Positions 28,892-43,444 of a stretch of 64,000 nt of DNA are shown piece after piece; the first letter of the stretch is position 1; the number at the start of each line of letters is the position of its first letter. The translations under genes were made by a program, and so were the position numbers. The DNA comes from Octopus vulgaris (Eukaryota): contig OX597825.1 in NCBI GenBank assembly GCA_951406725.2, forward strand, positions 72,726,001 through 72,790,000. The letters run 5' to 3'. Under the pieces are notes generated by a model. The model was not told the origin of the DNA. It did not search any database and saw only the letters and a list, made by a program, of their open reading frames with translations.

Positions 28892-29684
28892 TTCCAGATT
28901 AACAACTCTACACCATATTATGGACATTTACTGGCACCGGCACATGATATTCTGCAACTTTTTTGAAACACACCAAGTAGGTATCAGCTGTATGCACCGT
29001 ATTACGGTAAGTAGTGGCATGTCGGTACCGGGTAGATATGTTACCGGTGGCAATATAACATAATAATGAGATATAAATTGATTTCACTCTGCTAGTCTGT
29101 TAAGTTCGATGGACACAAATAAAAGAGAAAGTGCAAATATTTATAAGAACTACGCAGTCTTGCTTATGGGTTTGGTTACTTACTAGGGCGTATGGTTTGA
29201 TGCACAGAATTGGTAATATTACTGCAGTTCATTGTGCTTTTGTTAGGGTTAGGGTTAGGTTTAGAGATCAGTTGGGCTTCTGCTGTTGATACGGTACTTC
29301 TGATTTTAGCTTGAATTTCAGCCCTCAAAAGTAGTATCCATGTAATAGTCAACCCCATAAATTTGACCTTAAAAAATGGTCTAAAAAATTTGACTTTTAC
29401 ACAAGTATATACAGTATTCTTTTACTTGTTTCAGTCATTTGACTGTGGCCGTGCTGGAGCACCGCCTTTAGTTGAGCAAATCGACCCCAGGACTTATTCT
29501 TTGTAAGCCTAGTACTTATTCTGTCGGTCCCTTTTGCCGAACCGCTACTGTGTGTAACCTTGGTGAGTGTCTTCTACTATAGTTTCAGACAAACCAAAGC
29601 CTTGGGAGTGAATTTGATCTAATAAAAATATATATACATACACACACACACATGCACCAGTATACATATGTACATGTATGTGTG

Positions 29685-30005
29685 AGGGCGTGTGGCTTAG
29701 TGGTTAGGGCATTCAGCTCATGATCGTAAGGTTGTAAGTTTGATTCCCGGCGACGTGTTGTGTCCTTGAGCAAGACACTTTATTTCACGTTGCTCCAGTC
29801 CACTCAGCTGGCAAAAATGAGTTGTACCTGTATTTCAAAAGGGCCAGCCTTGTCACACCCTGTGTCACGCTGAATCTCCTTGCGAACTACGTTAAGGGTA
29901 CACATGCCTGTGGAATGCTCAGCCATTTGCACGTTAATTTCAAGAGCAGGCTATTCCGTTGATCATATCAGCTGGGACCCTTGTCGTCGTAACCGACGGA
30001 GTGCT
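29685..30005 (+). mobile_element. tRNA-derived SINE sharing its 3' tail with 24258-24605
   Basis: ggcgtgtggcttagtggttagggcattc head and gtgtccttgagcaagacact core. A related head lies at 47665-48000 (-). Confidence 0.65.
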
Positions 30006-30111
30006 CCTACATGCATGTATATATGTGTGTCTGTGTGAGTATGTGTGTGTGTATGTGTACATGTGTGTATATATGTGTGTATTTGTGCCCCTGTGCGTGA
30101 ATGTGTTAATG

Positions 30112-30154
<43 letters not shown>

Positions 30155-30157
30155 ATA

Positions 30158-30218
<61 letters not shown>

Positions 30219-30219
30219 A

Positions 30220-30269
<50 letters not shown>

Positions 30270-30859
30270 CATGTAAGTTATCATTTGATGTACATGGAAA
30301 GTACTGGTGAACTGTTACCACCATAAGTTGGAATGCTTGTAAAAGAGAGGTGAGGGGTTCAAGTTGAAGTCCAAGACAACCAGAAACACACTGCCGCCAT
30401 GTCATCTCATCTTTCTCTCTCCCTCTCTCCTGCCCCCCCCTCGACAGCTGTTTAAATTCCCACCACACACACAAATAACCATTGAATATTGATTTATAAG
30501 ATGCTTGTATTTTATTACAGTATATTTTATATAAATACATTTCTTCTGTTGTTTCGTGGGAGAGGGAAGTGGGGGAGTGAGGGGTCCCCCCTCTCATTTT
30601 CTGCTTTTTTTTTTTTGGTTTGGGTAAATACTTTTTATTTTGTTTTATTTTATTTTATTACCAAGATAATTAAAAAGGTATCACAGGAAAATGTCCAGTA
30701 AAACAAACACAGGACTTGAAGGGTGATGGTGGTGGTGGTGGTGACAATGGTAATGATGATAAAACTAAATGCCTTAAATGTAAAAGATAGGAAACATGAA
30801 ATAAAATCAAAAATTTATTACCAAATGAAATTACTACTACCACCACCACCACCATCACC

Positions 30860-30895
<36 letters not shown>

Positions 30896-30970
30896 TATAC
30901 TACTACTACTACTACTAATAATAATAATAATAATAATAATAATAGTAGTAGTAGCAGCAGCAGTAGTAGC

Positions 30971-31001
<31 letters not shown>

Positions 31002-31009
31002 GTAGTAGT

Positions 31010-31042
<33 letters not shown>

Positions 31043-31146
31043 TACTAATAATAACAATAATGATAATAATAATTCAATATTCAATTTATTTTTTTTAAAT
31101 ATATATATATACATATGTATATATATATGGATATACATACACACAT

Positions 31147-31212
<66 letters not shown>

Positions 31213-31745
31213 ATATACACACACACATATACACACATATATATATATTATTACATTTGTGGTGTTTGTATATGCAGGTGTGGTGAAGTCTGACTGATCT
31301 CAGTTGAAAGTATTTTTTGATGTTTAATTCTATAAAGTTTTATCAATTGAGGACTTCCTCTTACCTGTGTTGGACAGGTGACAAATCCTGCAGGTGCTTT
31401 ATTAATCAACTAAATCTCTTAGAAAAATCTGACAGAGTGGAAAATAAAAGTGTTCTCTAAATCTCTACCACTACTACTACTACTACTATCACTGCCATCA
31501 CCGTCACAACCATCACCACTACTATTACTATTACTAGTCTGTGTAACAGAAGAATGGGTGTAGGTGTGTATAACTGCGCATATATAGGCACAGACATGGG
31601 TGTTTAGTAACAAGCTTGCTTTCCCTGCCACATGGTTCCAGGTTCAGTCCCACTGCGTGGCACCTTGGGCAAGTGTCTTCTGCTATAGCCTCAGGGCAAC
31701 CAAAGCCTTGAAATTGGATATAGCAGATGAAAACTGAAAGGAGTT

Positions 31746-31784
<39 letters not shown>

Positions 31785-32049
31785 ATCACGTGACCGACCA
31801 GTCCATCAGATGTAGTTACACATCGCTGGTCACAATGCTTTCGCATTATTTTAGCCTTCGAATGACGCCACTCCGCTGGCTAAGCAAGCAGGCCAACAGA
31901 AGAAAGAGTGGGAGAAGAGTGCCGGAGCCTCGTGGAGCTTTTAAGTGTTTTCGCTCAATAAACACTCACAACGCCCGGTCTGGGAATCGAAACCGCAATC
32001 CTACGACTGCGCGTCTGCAGCCCTAACCACTGGGCCATTGCGCCTCCAT

Positions 32050-32137
<88 letters not shown>

Positions 32138-34487
32138 TTCTATATATATATATATAAATATATATATAATAAATTAATAATAATAAATTTTTCTTTATTT
32201 GACTTGTAGAATAGGTATGAGGGGCTGTATCCATCCAGTTTCACCATAAAAGAGGTAGAATATTTGGGCCAAATATGGACAAATTAAATGCTAAAGCATC
32301 AGAACAAGAAATTTGTCTCCTTAAATCAAGGGCAGCCTCTTAGTTTAGTATCAAATGGGTAGGGTTGAATTTAGATTCCTTTAAAATAGGAAGTATCAGA
32401 GAACCAAGGATGGTCAGTATTTAAAGGGTTAACATGGAATTTTGAAGGAAGGCGTTAATATATATCACCTTGCAACAGGAAGTTTAAATCATACAATCAG
32501 GGATGGTCTCAGATTGTTTGGCATCAAAAGAATCAAAATGAAATTTTCACGGCAAGTTTTAGCTTGAGCAGTCTCAGGTGCATTTGTAAAAAGGTTAACA
32601 TGAAATTCTGATTTTTAATTTGGATCACCTTAAAACAGGAAGCTTGTACCCTAGAACCAAGGAAGGGGTGGTATCTCAAAAGCGATAAAATGAGATTTTG
32701 ATGAAAGTATTAAATTTAGATCACTTTAAAGCAAGAAGCTTGTATCATAGAATCAGGGTTCTGTCACAAGTGGGTTTGTATGATCACTTTAAAGCAGTCA
32801 GTCAGCAGCGGTTTGGCATCAAAAGATTTAACATGCTTATGGTTATTACATCTGGAAGCACTTCCCTACAGACCATCAACCACCTTATACTTGGGACAAA
32901 GTGCAGGCAGTGTACGGTACCACTTGCAATAGAGAAAATATCTTCTAGGGATAAATTGATCCTTCTGTAAATAGAACCTCCAGATTATTAGAAAGGGGAA
33001 CCCTTGATGATTGCAGCAGGTGATGAGTAGAGGCACATGGCCTAGTGGTTAGAGCAGCGAATTCGCGGTCGAAGGATTGTGGGTTAGAATCTCAAACTGG
33101 GCGATGTTTGTGTTTATGAGTGAAATACCTAAGCTCCACGAGGCCCTGGCAGAAGGTAAAGGTGAACTTCTGCTGACTCTTTCGCCATACCTTTCTCTCA
33201 CTTTTTTCCTCCTGCATCTTGCAGCTCACCTGTGATGGACCGGTGTCCCATCCAGGTGGGGAACCTATACACCAATGCAACTGGGAAACCGGCCCTTACG
33301 AGCCAGGCATGGCTTGAGAAGGAACAAACAACAAACAGCAGGTGATGGGGTTTGTAATGGTAAATGGAGGCAAGGTTTGCAGTGGTGGAGTGATGCTGCT
33401 ACCATGGCACTCAGTGAGATATTTGGGTAAACAAGGGTGTTTTATTCTTATTTCTGTATTGCCCACTTGGGGCTAAACATAGAGGGGACAAACAAGGACA
33501 AAGGGGTTAAGTTTATTACATCAACCCCAGTGCATAACTGGTACTTAATTTATCAACCCCAAAAAGATGAAAGGCAAAGTTGACCTTGGCGGAATTTGAA
33601 CTCAGAACATAACGGCAGACGAAATACCGCTAACATTTCACCTGGTGTGCTAACGTTTCTGCCAGCTCGCCGCCTTATTTTTTATTCTGTTGGTGTCCAA
33701 GCTAATAGAATACAGGGGACCGGGCCTACATTGTGGAATGGATTATGAGAGCGGAAGGAATATGGTGTTCACATTTATCAGTCAGTGGGGTGGATGTGTT
33801 GATGGGTAGAGGTATTTCTTGTCAGGGTAGATGGTAAATATGAAGACAGATGTAATGAGAGAACAAGAGACTAGTGGGAGGGATAGACTGAGAGAGGGAG
33901 ACAGAGAGACACACAGACAGACAGAGAGATACAGACAGACAGGGAGATAAACAGAGATAGACAGACAGAAACAATGATAGAAATGAGAAAGTGAGCGATG
34001 AGTGATAAGAGAGAAAGAATGATAGAAAAGAGAGTGAGGAGAAAGGAACAGAGAGTGAGATAGAATAGAGAGAGAGAGAGAGATAGAAGGGAGAGAATTA
34101 GGAGAGCAATAGTCATAGAAGAGAGAGAGGGAGTGATAGAAAAGAGAGAAAGAGTGATAGGAGAAAGAATGATGGAAAAAGAGAATGAAAGAGATATTTA
34201 ATATATGGCCACTTGTACGATGGTGACCTTACACACAATCCATTCTGTTACAAACATTGAAATCAAAACCAGGGGTTTCTTTTCACTTTGTTTTGTTTGC
34301 TTGGGGGGGGGGTGAGGAGGGGGGTTCAGATATTGATCTGCAGATGATCAATGACAGCAATCAAAAGTTTTGTGTGGAGAGGGTCTGCAAAAATCATGGA
34401 TACCGATTTAATTTAACGACAACTTAATATTTCCACCAATTAATGTATTGATGCAACTTACCAACATATGTGTGTGTGTGTGTGTGA

Positions 34488-34538
<51 letters not shown>

Positions 34539-34560
34539 GTGTGTGTGTGTATATATATAT

Positions 34561-34622
<62 letters not shown>

Positions 34623-34883
34623 CTATATATACCTATATATAAGAGACCCTAAGAAACTACTGAGTCCCGGCAGCAATTTATCCCCATTTCTTCCCCCCAC
34701 CCCCTTAAGAGACTGTGTATACATAAGGGAGTGCTGAAAAGTTCCAGGTTTTGAGCAAATGGGAATACAAGAGGATCGGTTAATTATGATTTTATAGAAC
34801 ATTGTATTTTCTAGGTGCAATCCCATGTCATGACTGAAGGGGGTCTTTCCCCTTTTATAAATATATATGTTTATGTATGTATG

Positions 34884-35104
34884 TATGAGGAGCTGCTGAA
34901 AGGTTCCTGGCATTGGGTTAATGAAAATACCGGAGGATCTGTTAATTATGATTTTATTGAATGTATCCCCTTCTCAGATTCACACACTTATTGCAGCAGT
35001 CCTTCAGTTTTTCTAAGCCCTGTAAAAGAACTTGGAAGATTGGATCTCCAACCAGGCCTTTCACGATACCCTTGAAACCAGGAACTTTTCAGCACCACCC
35101 CATA
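34884..35104. mobile_element. Tc1/mariner-type MITE
   Basis: TIRs tatgaggagctgctgaaaggttcctgg / ccaggaacttttcagcaccaccccata with TA ends. A truncated related left end lies at ~34722-34800. Confidence 0.65.
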
Positions 35105-35182
35105 CACAACTGAAAAGATACATAGAAACAATATTTCCAAATAAAGATATGTAAAACAAAAACAAGAGCAAGTAATTCATAC

Positions 35183-36626
35183 CTTCTGGAATGAGCTTTG
35201 GTGTATCCGCAAGGACCATATCCTGGTTTGGAAGTTCCTGGTTCTCATCTGGACCAGTCAATGGTAGATTCGGCTTGATGTCCACTGTATCTTCGTTCTC
35301 TGGAATCGGACCAACTGGGACGGTTTTATCGGATATCTCACAAGCAGATGTATCAGTAGCGTCTAACGACCCCTCAGTCGTGTCGTCATTGCCAAGCATG
35401 GATGAAGTTGTTACATCGGGACTGGCTGACAAAGAACTACGCTCCATGTTAAGTGCACTGCAGGCGCCGACCACCAAGGGTCGGTGTGAAGCCATTTTTG
35501 TTGGATGGTGTTCCAAACCACCGTTTGCAAGACCATACATAGTCAACACTTCGTTCATTGTACTTTCGGCATACTCTTTCAACAATACGTTTCGACCATT
35601 TCTTTGCTGCTGTCTCTGCCGCTGCTGCTGCTGATGATGATTATGATGATGCTGGTGTTGATGCTGTTGATGATGAGAATGATGATGGTGATGATGATGA
35701 TGATGATGTGGGGGATGGTGATGATCATGATCATGATGATGATGATGTTGATATTGTTGTTTCTGCTGCTGCTGCTGTTGCTGCTGTTGAGGAGTGGACA
35801 CAGGTGGTATTATTTGGTTTGCTGGTCCCTTATGCACTAGTGTTAGGGGCCCAGGCGCAACAGCAGGAGCCGACTGACAAGGCACATCAGAACATTGCGA
35901 TTCGGTGCAAGATGAAAACGACGACGAAGAAGCGGAGGAAGAATTCGAAGAAGAATTTTCAAGAATGTTCGTGGACGGAGAATGTCTGTGTTCCATATTG
36001 CTGTCTTTGGATTTGTTCACAGTTAAATCTAAGGGCACAAACTCACTAAAACTACTACTATTACTCCTTAAATTAGGACTCCCATCTCTTTTATCACAGG
36101 TTTCCGTGCTGGCTTTATGCAAACGACACTCGGTTAACACTGAGTCGTCATTTACAAAATCACTGCTTTCATTGGGAGGCAAAAAACTCTGATCGTTACA
36201 GTACTCCTGGGTTTGGCTGAAACAAGAGTATTCTTCTTGTAGAGGTGTGCTATAACGTTCATTCTTCGATTCCTCATCCATTTCTCTGCCATCAGCCCTC
36301 AGCCAGTCTTCATTTTCTTCTTCTTTCTCGTCCTTCTCTCTGTCAGATATGTCCTGACCCTCAGAAATTTTCCACAAATGGAATATGTTACAAGGCCTCC
36401 TGGATTTTCTTCGTTTGCGTTGAGTACTGCAAGACCAGTGCTGTGTAGTACAATCTTCGGCAGAGTATCTACTCCCATTCCCTGGAGTGTTGTTATTATT
36501 CCTCGGCGCATTGTCCAAATTTTTGCCAGCAATGGTTTTACTTGATACAGGAATGGCATTGCTACAGCTGGTCTTAAGTTTGGCACAGATAGCATCGATC
36601 CTTCTATGGGCTGAAGAATTGTTCAT
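35183..36626 (-). CDS. CASZ1: Castor/CASZ1-like zinc-finger transcription factor, first coding exon (481 codons + 1 nt)
   Basis: This is the only long, mostly non-repetitive ORF in the window. N-terminal RRIDAICAKLK resembles vertebrate CASZ1 KLNAICAKL, and EYAESTMNEVLTMYG resembles CASZ1 DYAASTMTEFLGMFG (both recalled, not aligned by tool). It also has a basic RKRRKSRRP segment and a PLDLT motif. The acceptor ttttgttttactttcAG places the exon start at 36651, with an in-frame TGA 24 nt before the ATG. The donor is GAAG|GTATGA at 35183/35182 (phase 1). Confidence 0.85.
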
Positions 36627-36714
36627 GTTTTTAATCTCTGTGTGGTTTCAGCTGAAAGTAAAACAAAAAATAAAAGATTATGAAAATATAAATTAGGACA
36701 AAAATGTACAAAAA

Positions 36715-36870
36715 TAACATCGAAAAATATGTTAGGAATGAGAAACCTGGTTCAAAATTTCCCCAAGACACCTGAAGAAGGCTGGAGGATATATCAGCTG
36801 AAACATTGTGTTAACAACAAACAAGATGAGGACAAATATCCATCGAATGTAAGTAATATAAATACTGTAT
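36715..36870 (+). mobile_element. Penelope-like pLTR fragment with decayed hammerhead (same family as 21897-22085)
   Basis: Close match to the reverse complement of ~21935-22085. The hammerhead at 36767-36812 reads GACAC CTGAAGA A GGCTG..CAGCT GAA ACAT T GTGTT, with CpG-type substitutions. Confidence 0.65.
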
Positions 36871-36894
36871 ATACATGTGTATGAATGCATACCT

Positions 36895-37125
36895 ATTTCT
36901 TTACTACCACAAGGGGCTAAACACAGAGGGGAAAAACAAGGACAGACAAACAGATTAAGTTAATTATATTGACCCCAGTGCGTAACTGGTACTTAATTTA
37001 TCGACCCCGAAAGGATGAAAGGCAAAGTCAACCTCGGCGAAATTTGAACTCAGAACGTAGCAGCAGACGAAATACCATTAAGCATTTCGCCCGGCGTGCT
37101 AATGTTTCTGCCAGCTCGCCGCCTT
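36895..37125 (-). mobile_element. Meta-domain-like SINE
   Basis: Family match. Further copies lie at ~15-165, 33445-33676, 48603-48812, 50510-50775, 51225-51420 and 58785-58990. Confidence 0.7.
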
Positions 37126-37438
37126 ACCTGTTGTGCTTCACATAGAAGCATTGACCAACACCTTGTGAGTGGACCTGGTAAATGAAAAATGAAAGAAACC
37201 CACCATGTGTGTGTTTGATTTGGCATCATGTGATAATTGTAAATGAATGTTATTCATTTCCACATGTCACTTACTTCTTTGAGAATATGTAGTTGCTATG
37301 GAGAAATATTACCTCGCCTGGAAACAGGTAAAGGTTATTGACAGGAAATGCATCCAGCCACAGATATTCTGCCTCAGTAAACTCCATCTAATGCAGGCAA
37401 GTATGGAAAAGTGAATGCTTAAAACAATAATAATAATG

Positions 37439-37485
<47 letters not shown>

Positions 37486-38894
37486 GAATGAAGAACCTTC
37501 TTCACAAATGCTCAATTTTTCTATTTTTATATATTTTTTGTTTACTTATGATCACAAAACTGTCAGACTAATATTTCCCAGGAGGCCACTGAGTATACGG
37601 TGCCCCGAATCTGAATATTTATATATAAAATTACTTTATTTTTTTATTCTTTTTCTCATCGGTCTTGAGTTAACAAGTTGAAATTAAATTTCTTCTCATA
37701 TTTCATTTTAAACTTTTCTTTTCTATAAAAAAAGGGAAAAAAACCTCAAAGCTTTCTTTAAGTCTAATGACTAAACACAAAATTTTTTGTGAGGAAGTTT
37801 TTTTTTCTTTTTTAAATCTTTTTTTTTTATGAAATCTGAGAAAATTAAAACTTAATTGAAAGCAGAAAATACTGTAAAAGCCCCTTAATCTAATACAACT
37901 TTAACATGTGTGAAACAGATATTCTAAATAGTTATGTTCATTCAGTAGGGATCATTATTATTATTAGTAGTAGTAGTAGTAGTAGCAGCACCATCGTTAT
38001 TATTATTATTATTATTTAGTCCTTAATAGCTATGGTTCAACGGGGTTGTGTAGTGTGTGTGGGAGGAGGTTATAACTAGCTTTAACTTCGTTTAGTTTAA
38101 TATTAAATAATTCTTATGTTGAGAAATATGTTAAATTTTGTCACAAAGAAAATGGAGAAAGCTAATGTTTCAGAGCTGAACACTGCATTTAGATTGTAGG
38201 TGGTGGTTGGGGGGGGGGGGGTGATCCTTATGGTTTAGTTGTAACAGTGTGTTGTGGTACAAGTGGTGGTGGCCGTAGTAGTAGTAGTAGCAGCAGCAGT
38301 AGTAGTCAGTGGTACTAGTGGAAATAGTAGAGGTAGTTTGAGTGTTGGTGTAGCAGACATATCATAGAGAGGACAGTCATGGCTGGAGTGTCTTTCACCA
38401 TAGATCAGCTGGATCAAGGATGACCAAGGGCTAAATAATTTACATGATGATGATTGACAGAAACTAAGGAAACACATATTGTGTGTGTGTGTTTGTGTTT
38501 GACCCCCCCCCAACACTGCTTGAGAACCGATGTTGGTGTGTATACGTCCCCGTCACTTAGCGGCTCGGCAAGAGAGACCGATAAAATACGTACTAGGCTT
38601 ACAAATAATAAGTCCTGGGGGTCGATTTGCTTGACTAAAGGCAGTGCTCCAGCATGGCCACAATCAAATGATTGAAACAAATAAAAGAATAAAAGAATGT
38701 GAATGTTTGTATCTGTGATTATTTCATACCTTATTTATATATAAAATACTACAATTAGCCGTCAATTTTGACGGCACAGAGCCAGGTAGTATTAAATATT
38801 CTAAGTTTTGTAGAATGATACATTAAGGTGCTTTTTTTATGAGTATTACTGGATTACATGAATCCATACATTGTGACTTAAATTTATATACACA

Positions 38895-39435
38895 CAATCA
38901 AAATCAAATTCGATGACTGGCATCCGTGCTAGCAGGGTGCAAAGAGCACCATCTGAGCGTGATCGTTGACAGAGCAGCTAACTGGCTTCCGTACCAGTGA
39001 CACATAAAAGGCACCATTCAAGTGTGATTGTTACCAGCATCACCTTACTGGCACTTGTGCCCCATGCTAGTAGGGTGCTAAGAGCACCATCTGAGCGTGA
39101 TCGTTGACAGAGCAGCTAACTGGCTTCCATGCCGGTGGCACATAAAAGGCACCATTTGAGCGTGATCATTACCAGCGTCGCCTTACTGGCTCCTGTGCCG
39201 GTGGCATGTGTAAAAAGATTCGAGCGAGGCCGTTGCCAGTATTGCCTGACTGGCCCCCATGGTGGTGGTACGTAAAAAGCACCTACTACACTCTCTGAGG
39301 GGGTTGGCGTTAGGAAGGGCATCCAACTGTAGAAATTCTGCCAGATCAAGATTGGAGCCTAGTGCAGGCATCTGGTTTGCAGGCCCTTAGTCAAAATCGT
39401 TCAACCCATGCTAGCATGGAAAGCAGACGTTAAAC

Positions 39436-39475
<40 letters not shown>

Positions 39476-39505
39476 TTGATGATGATGATGATGATGATGA
39501 TGATG
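38895..39505 (+). mobile_element. RTE-tailed short repeat with internal tandem subrepeats
   Basis: Repeated gtggcacataaaaggcacc units, then ggcgttaggaagggcatcc...ccaacccatgctagcatggaaagc and a (GAT)n tail. Relatives lie at 13322-13550, 20683-20910, 28390-28830, 47503-47650 and 56117-56220. Confidence 0.65.
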
Positions 39506-40230
39506 ACACATGCATGTATGTATAAGAATGTGTGTTTATGTGATGTCAGTATCTTCCCTCACATCTACACATGCTCGACGATTGTAAACAAAAGCTTGAC
39601 TGTTCGTAGAGTTTGCGTCATTTGTTTGGAGTCAGCCGCAAAGGTATGTCCATGCTTCCTGACATGACTAGACATATTGCACAACCTTTTTGAATGTCAA
39701 GTTCAGTATTCATATGCACAGTGTGGCTTGTTTCCAGTTCTTAGTGTATTCATCTCTATGCTGTTCATTGTTTGATAAATTTGGTGTGGGTGGTGGGTCA
39801 TCCACTCCCAGCTACCTCGCTTGGAAACAGTGAACACTGGCTTGAAGAAGGGCATCCACCTATGAAAAAAAGAAACTCTGCCCCAATGTAGTCTTGTTTG
39901 AATTATGCAAGCATAGAAAAACAATGATGGTGATACAATTCTATATTTATGAGATGAGGTGCTTATATTATATATACAGGTGTCCTCATTTTGATTGCTG
40001 ATTTCACTCTGTTTTGGCTGTTATAGAAGACACCTGCACAAGGTGCCATGCATTGAGAATGAACCCAGAACCATGTGGTTGAGGAGAAAACTTCTTACCA
40101 CACAAAGTTTTTTTTTTACTTATTGGTATTTGGTACATTTCTCTATAATTCTGGTTTTTACTTTCACCTTTACCATTTTATCTTTTTCAGCAATCAATGA
40201 TACCATTCTTTCTTCTTATTCTTTATGCCT

Positions 40231-40584
40231 TTAACCCTCCATCGCGGTGTATAGGCCACTTATAGTTCAATTCCATGTCACATAATTTTTCGCTTCTGTA
40301 CTTATATTCTGCCATGAATGTCCCCCTTTCTCTAGTTCCTTTTGTGTTGATCTCCACCACGAGTTCTTAGGCCTACCTATCTTTCTATATCCATCCGGTT
40401 TCCACTGTAAAGCACTTTTCGCTACATTTGGTGTGTCTTTTCTAATTGTGCTACCAATCCACTTTCACTTCCACTTAAATATTTGCTCCTTAATCGAAAC
40501 TTCATTTGTTCTTTGCCATAGCTCCATATTGCATATGTGTTCGGGCCATCTAATTTTACGTATACTATGCAAGCATCTGTTGAT
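40231..40584 (-). mobile_element. RTE-clade LINE 3' fragment (degenerate ORF C-terminus)
   Basis: Translates INRCLHSIRKIRWPEHICNMELWQRT...WK*KWIGSTIRK...ALQWKPDGYRKIGRPKNSW, typical of the RTE post-RT region, with in-frame stops. Confidence 0.8.
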
Positions 40585-41174
40585 GATCAATGATACAAAC
40601 ACCAACTAAACACTGTCAGCCATATTATCACCTGTGCACCCCTTCTCCCAACCACCAAACGTTTGTGACAGTCGGTCAGTTTTAGAAAATCATTATCACA
40701 CCACGAAATAATAAATTTATCAATAAGTAAAGTTTGTTTGTTAATTGTAGCAACATTTCAGTGAAAATTAAAAGTCAACATATGAAATATTTACAAAATA
40801 TAAAGAAAAACCTTTTCTAACATGCAAACACACATCTGTCAATTCAGGTTTTTAAAATTTCATTTTTCTTTTTTTCTTTTTTTCTAGACAGCTAATTACC
40901 TTGCGCTCCAAATGGAGCATAGAACAAACAAAAGATACGTTATATATTGTAAGCTGTACACTACATATCAGCAACACTTTGAAGATATTTGTATTTGCAA
41001 TATGTAAAATTCACAGACAAAACAAATATATATACATGCATATATACCTGACAGAATGCATGACAATTTGAAGATTTAAACTATTCGATTTCTTGAATTT
41101 TCTGTACTTTGAAATTTAGATGAATATAAATATACACTATTACAAGAGCATGCAGATATAGGCAACTATATATA

Positions 41175-41396
41175 CTCTTTACTCTTTTACTTGTTTCAGT
41201 CATTTGACTGTGGCCATGCTGGAGCACCGCCTTTAGTCGAGCGAATCGACCCCTGGGACTTATTCTTTGTTAGCCTAGTATTTATTCTATCGGTCTCTTT
41301 TGCCAAACCACTAAATTACAGCGACGTAAGCACACCAGCATCGGTTGTTAAGCGATGTTGGGGAGACAAACACAGACACACAAACATATACACACA

Positions 41397-41434
<38 letters not shown>

Positions 41435-41597
41435 TATATACAACAGGCTTCTTTCAGTTTTCGTCTACCAAATCCACTCACAAGGCTTTGGTCGACCCAA
41501 GGCTATAGTAGTAGACAATTGCCCAAGGTGTCACGCAGTGGGACTGAACCTGGAACCATGTGGTTGGTAAACAAGCTACTTACCACACAGCCACTCT
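41175..41597 (-). mobile_element. CORE-like SINE
   Basis: Full-length family match. Confidence 0.75.
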
Positions 41598-41847
41598 AAC
41601 ACAAGTATACAATGATATTTAAACACACAGCAATGTCAGTCTCTATCAACCTTTTAACAAACTCAAATATGGAACGAAATCAAAGACATAATCAAAATCT
41701 TTTACATTCTGACATAATGCTGTAAAGATTTATAAAATTATGTATAAAGAGGGAAATAAGAACATTTACCAAACCTGGAATTTCTATGTGTCCTATTACT
41801 GTAATTGTTCCCTTTATTATTGTTGTTGGTGTTGTTGTTGTTGTTGT

Positions 41848-41885
<38 letters not shown>

Positions 41886-41909
41886 ATATTGTTATTATTA
41901 TTGAATGAA

Positions 41910-42430
41910 AAAGCTGTGCATGCCATCACGGTTACCCTAGAGTACAAATTTACGAAGTCCAATATACCCATCATGAATACCCATCTGATAAGGGTACAAC
42001 TGGTACATGCACCACAACCATATGTGTAAAAACATGATAACCTCATATCAAGATAAACAGTGCATGATTCTGTAGGTGGGGCCCATTTAGAATTTTCTTC
42101 AGGTCGAGTAGCCAATCCCACTCAAAAGGTCCCTGAATGAGGGGAATTTAAGAATGATGAATGAAACACCCATGTTTTCCAGATAATCCCTCTCAGCACA
42201 TAGCTATGATGCTCAACCCCTAATCCTGCTCCAGATCAGAGATGCACATACACATATCATCAGCCTCCAAGGGACATGCTCAACCGGTTATGGTCAAACA
42301 ACTAACAAGCAAATCTGTGGTATTGAGCAGAATATTTGCTGTAGCACATCTTTTATACCAAAGCAAAACATGTACATGATAACACTCATAATCAGTTAGG
42401 ATCAGAAGCCATGAGAGCCACTGCTTCAGA
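41910..42430 (-). mobile_element. Second, diverged copy of the (TAA)n-embedded element
   Basis: Colinear with 22270-22800. Confidence 0.55.
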
Positions 42431-42433
42431 GCA

Positions 42434-42480
<47 letters not shown>

Positions 42481-43350
42481 GACCATCATCATCATTATTA
42501 TTACTATTTACACAAGAAACATTAAGTATATAATGGATGTTTAGAGAGATAGATTTTTAAAAAGAATGGACTATTAGAGCAGGTAATAAATGGAAGATGA
42601 GGAGAGGTGGTGGCAGGACACAAGGTCATTAGCAGTTATAAAGCTAACGAGCCTTAAAGCACCAAAGTCGATTTAAAATGGCTGACACTGTCTAAACAGA
42701 CTGCAATTAATTAATAGAATAAGAGGAACAACAAGGACACAAAAGTCCACTCAGTTCAATTTGATATTTGTCTATTCATTGCGGAGCCTTTTGGTAGCAA
42801 TGCAAACACAGTAAATATATATATATATATATACACACGCATATATACATATACATAGATATACATATATACATATATATACACATACGTATATACATAT
42901 ATATATATATACATATGTATATACATATATATATACATATGTATATACATACATATATATACATAAATATATACACACATATATATGTATACATATGTAT
43001 ATACACATATATACATATGTATATACATATATATATATATATATACATATGTATATATATATACATGTGTATGTATATATATATATATATACATACACAT
43101 GTGTGTGTGTATATATATATATATGTGCATGTATATACATACATATATGTATATATATATATATATACATGCATATATACATACATATATGTATATATAT
43201 ATATATACATGCATATATACATATTTATACATGTATATATACATATATACATGTATATACATATATACATGTATATACAGATATATATATATATACATAC
43301 ATATATACATATATATATATGTATATACATATATATCCATATATATATCC

Positions 43351-43444
<94 letters not shown>

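Noticed and set aside
29243-29260. (TTAGGG)-like telomeric repeats
   Set aside because: Under three units, within apparent DNA-transposon remnants. Not a telomere.
35061-35182. C-terminal 40 aa of the 521-aa ORF (MNYLLLFLF...SRVS)
   Set aside because: Read-through past the splice donor at 35182 into intron and a mariner-type MITE.
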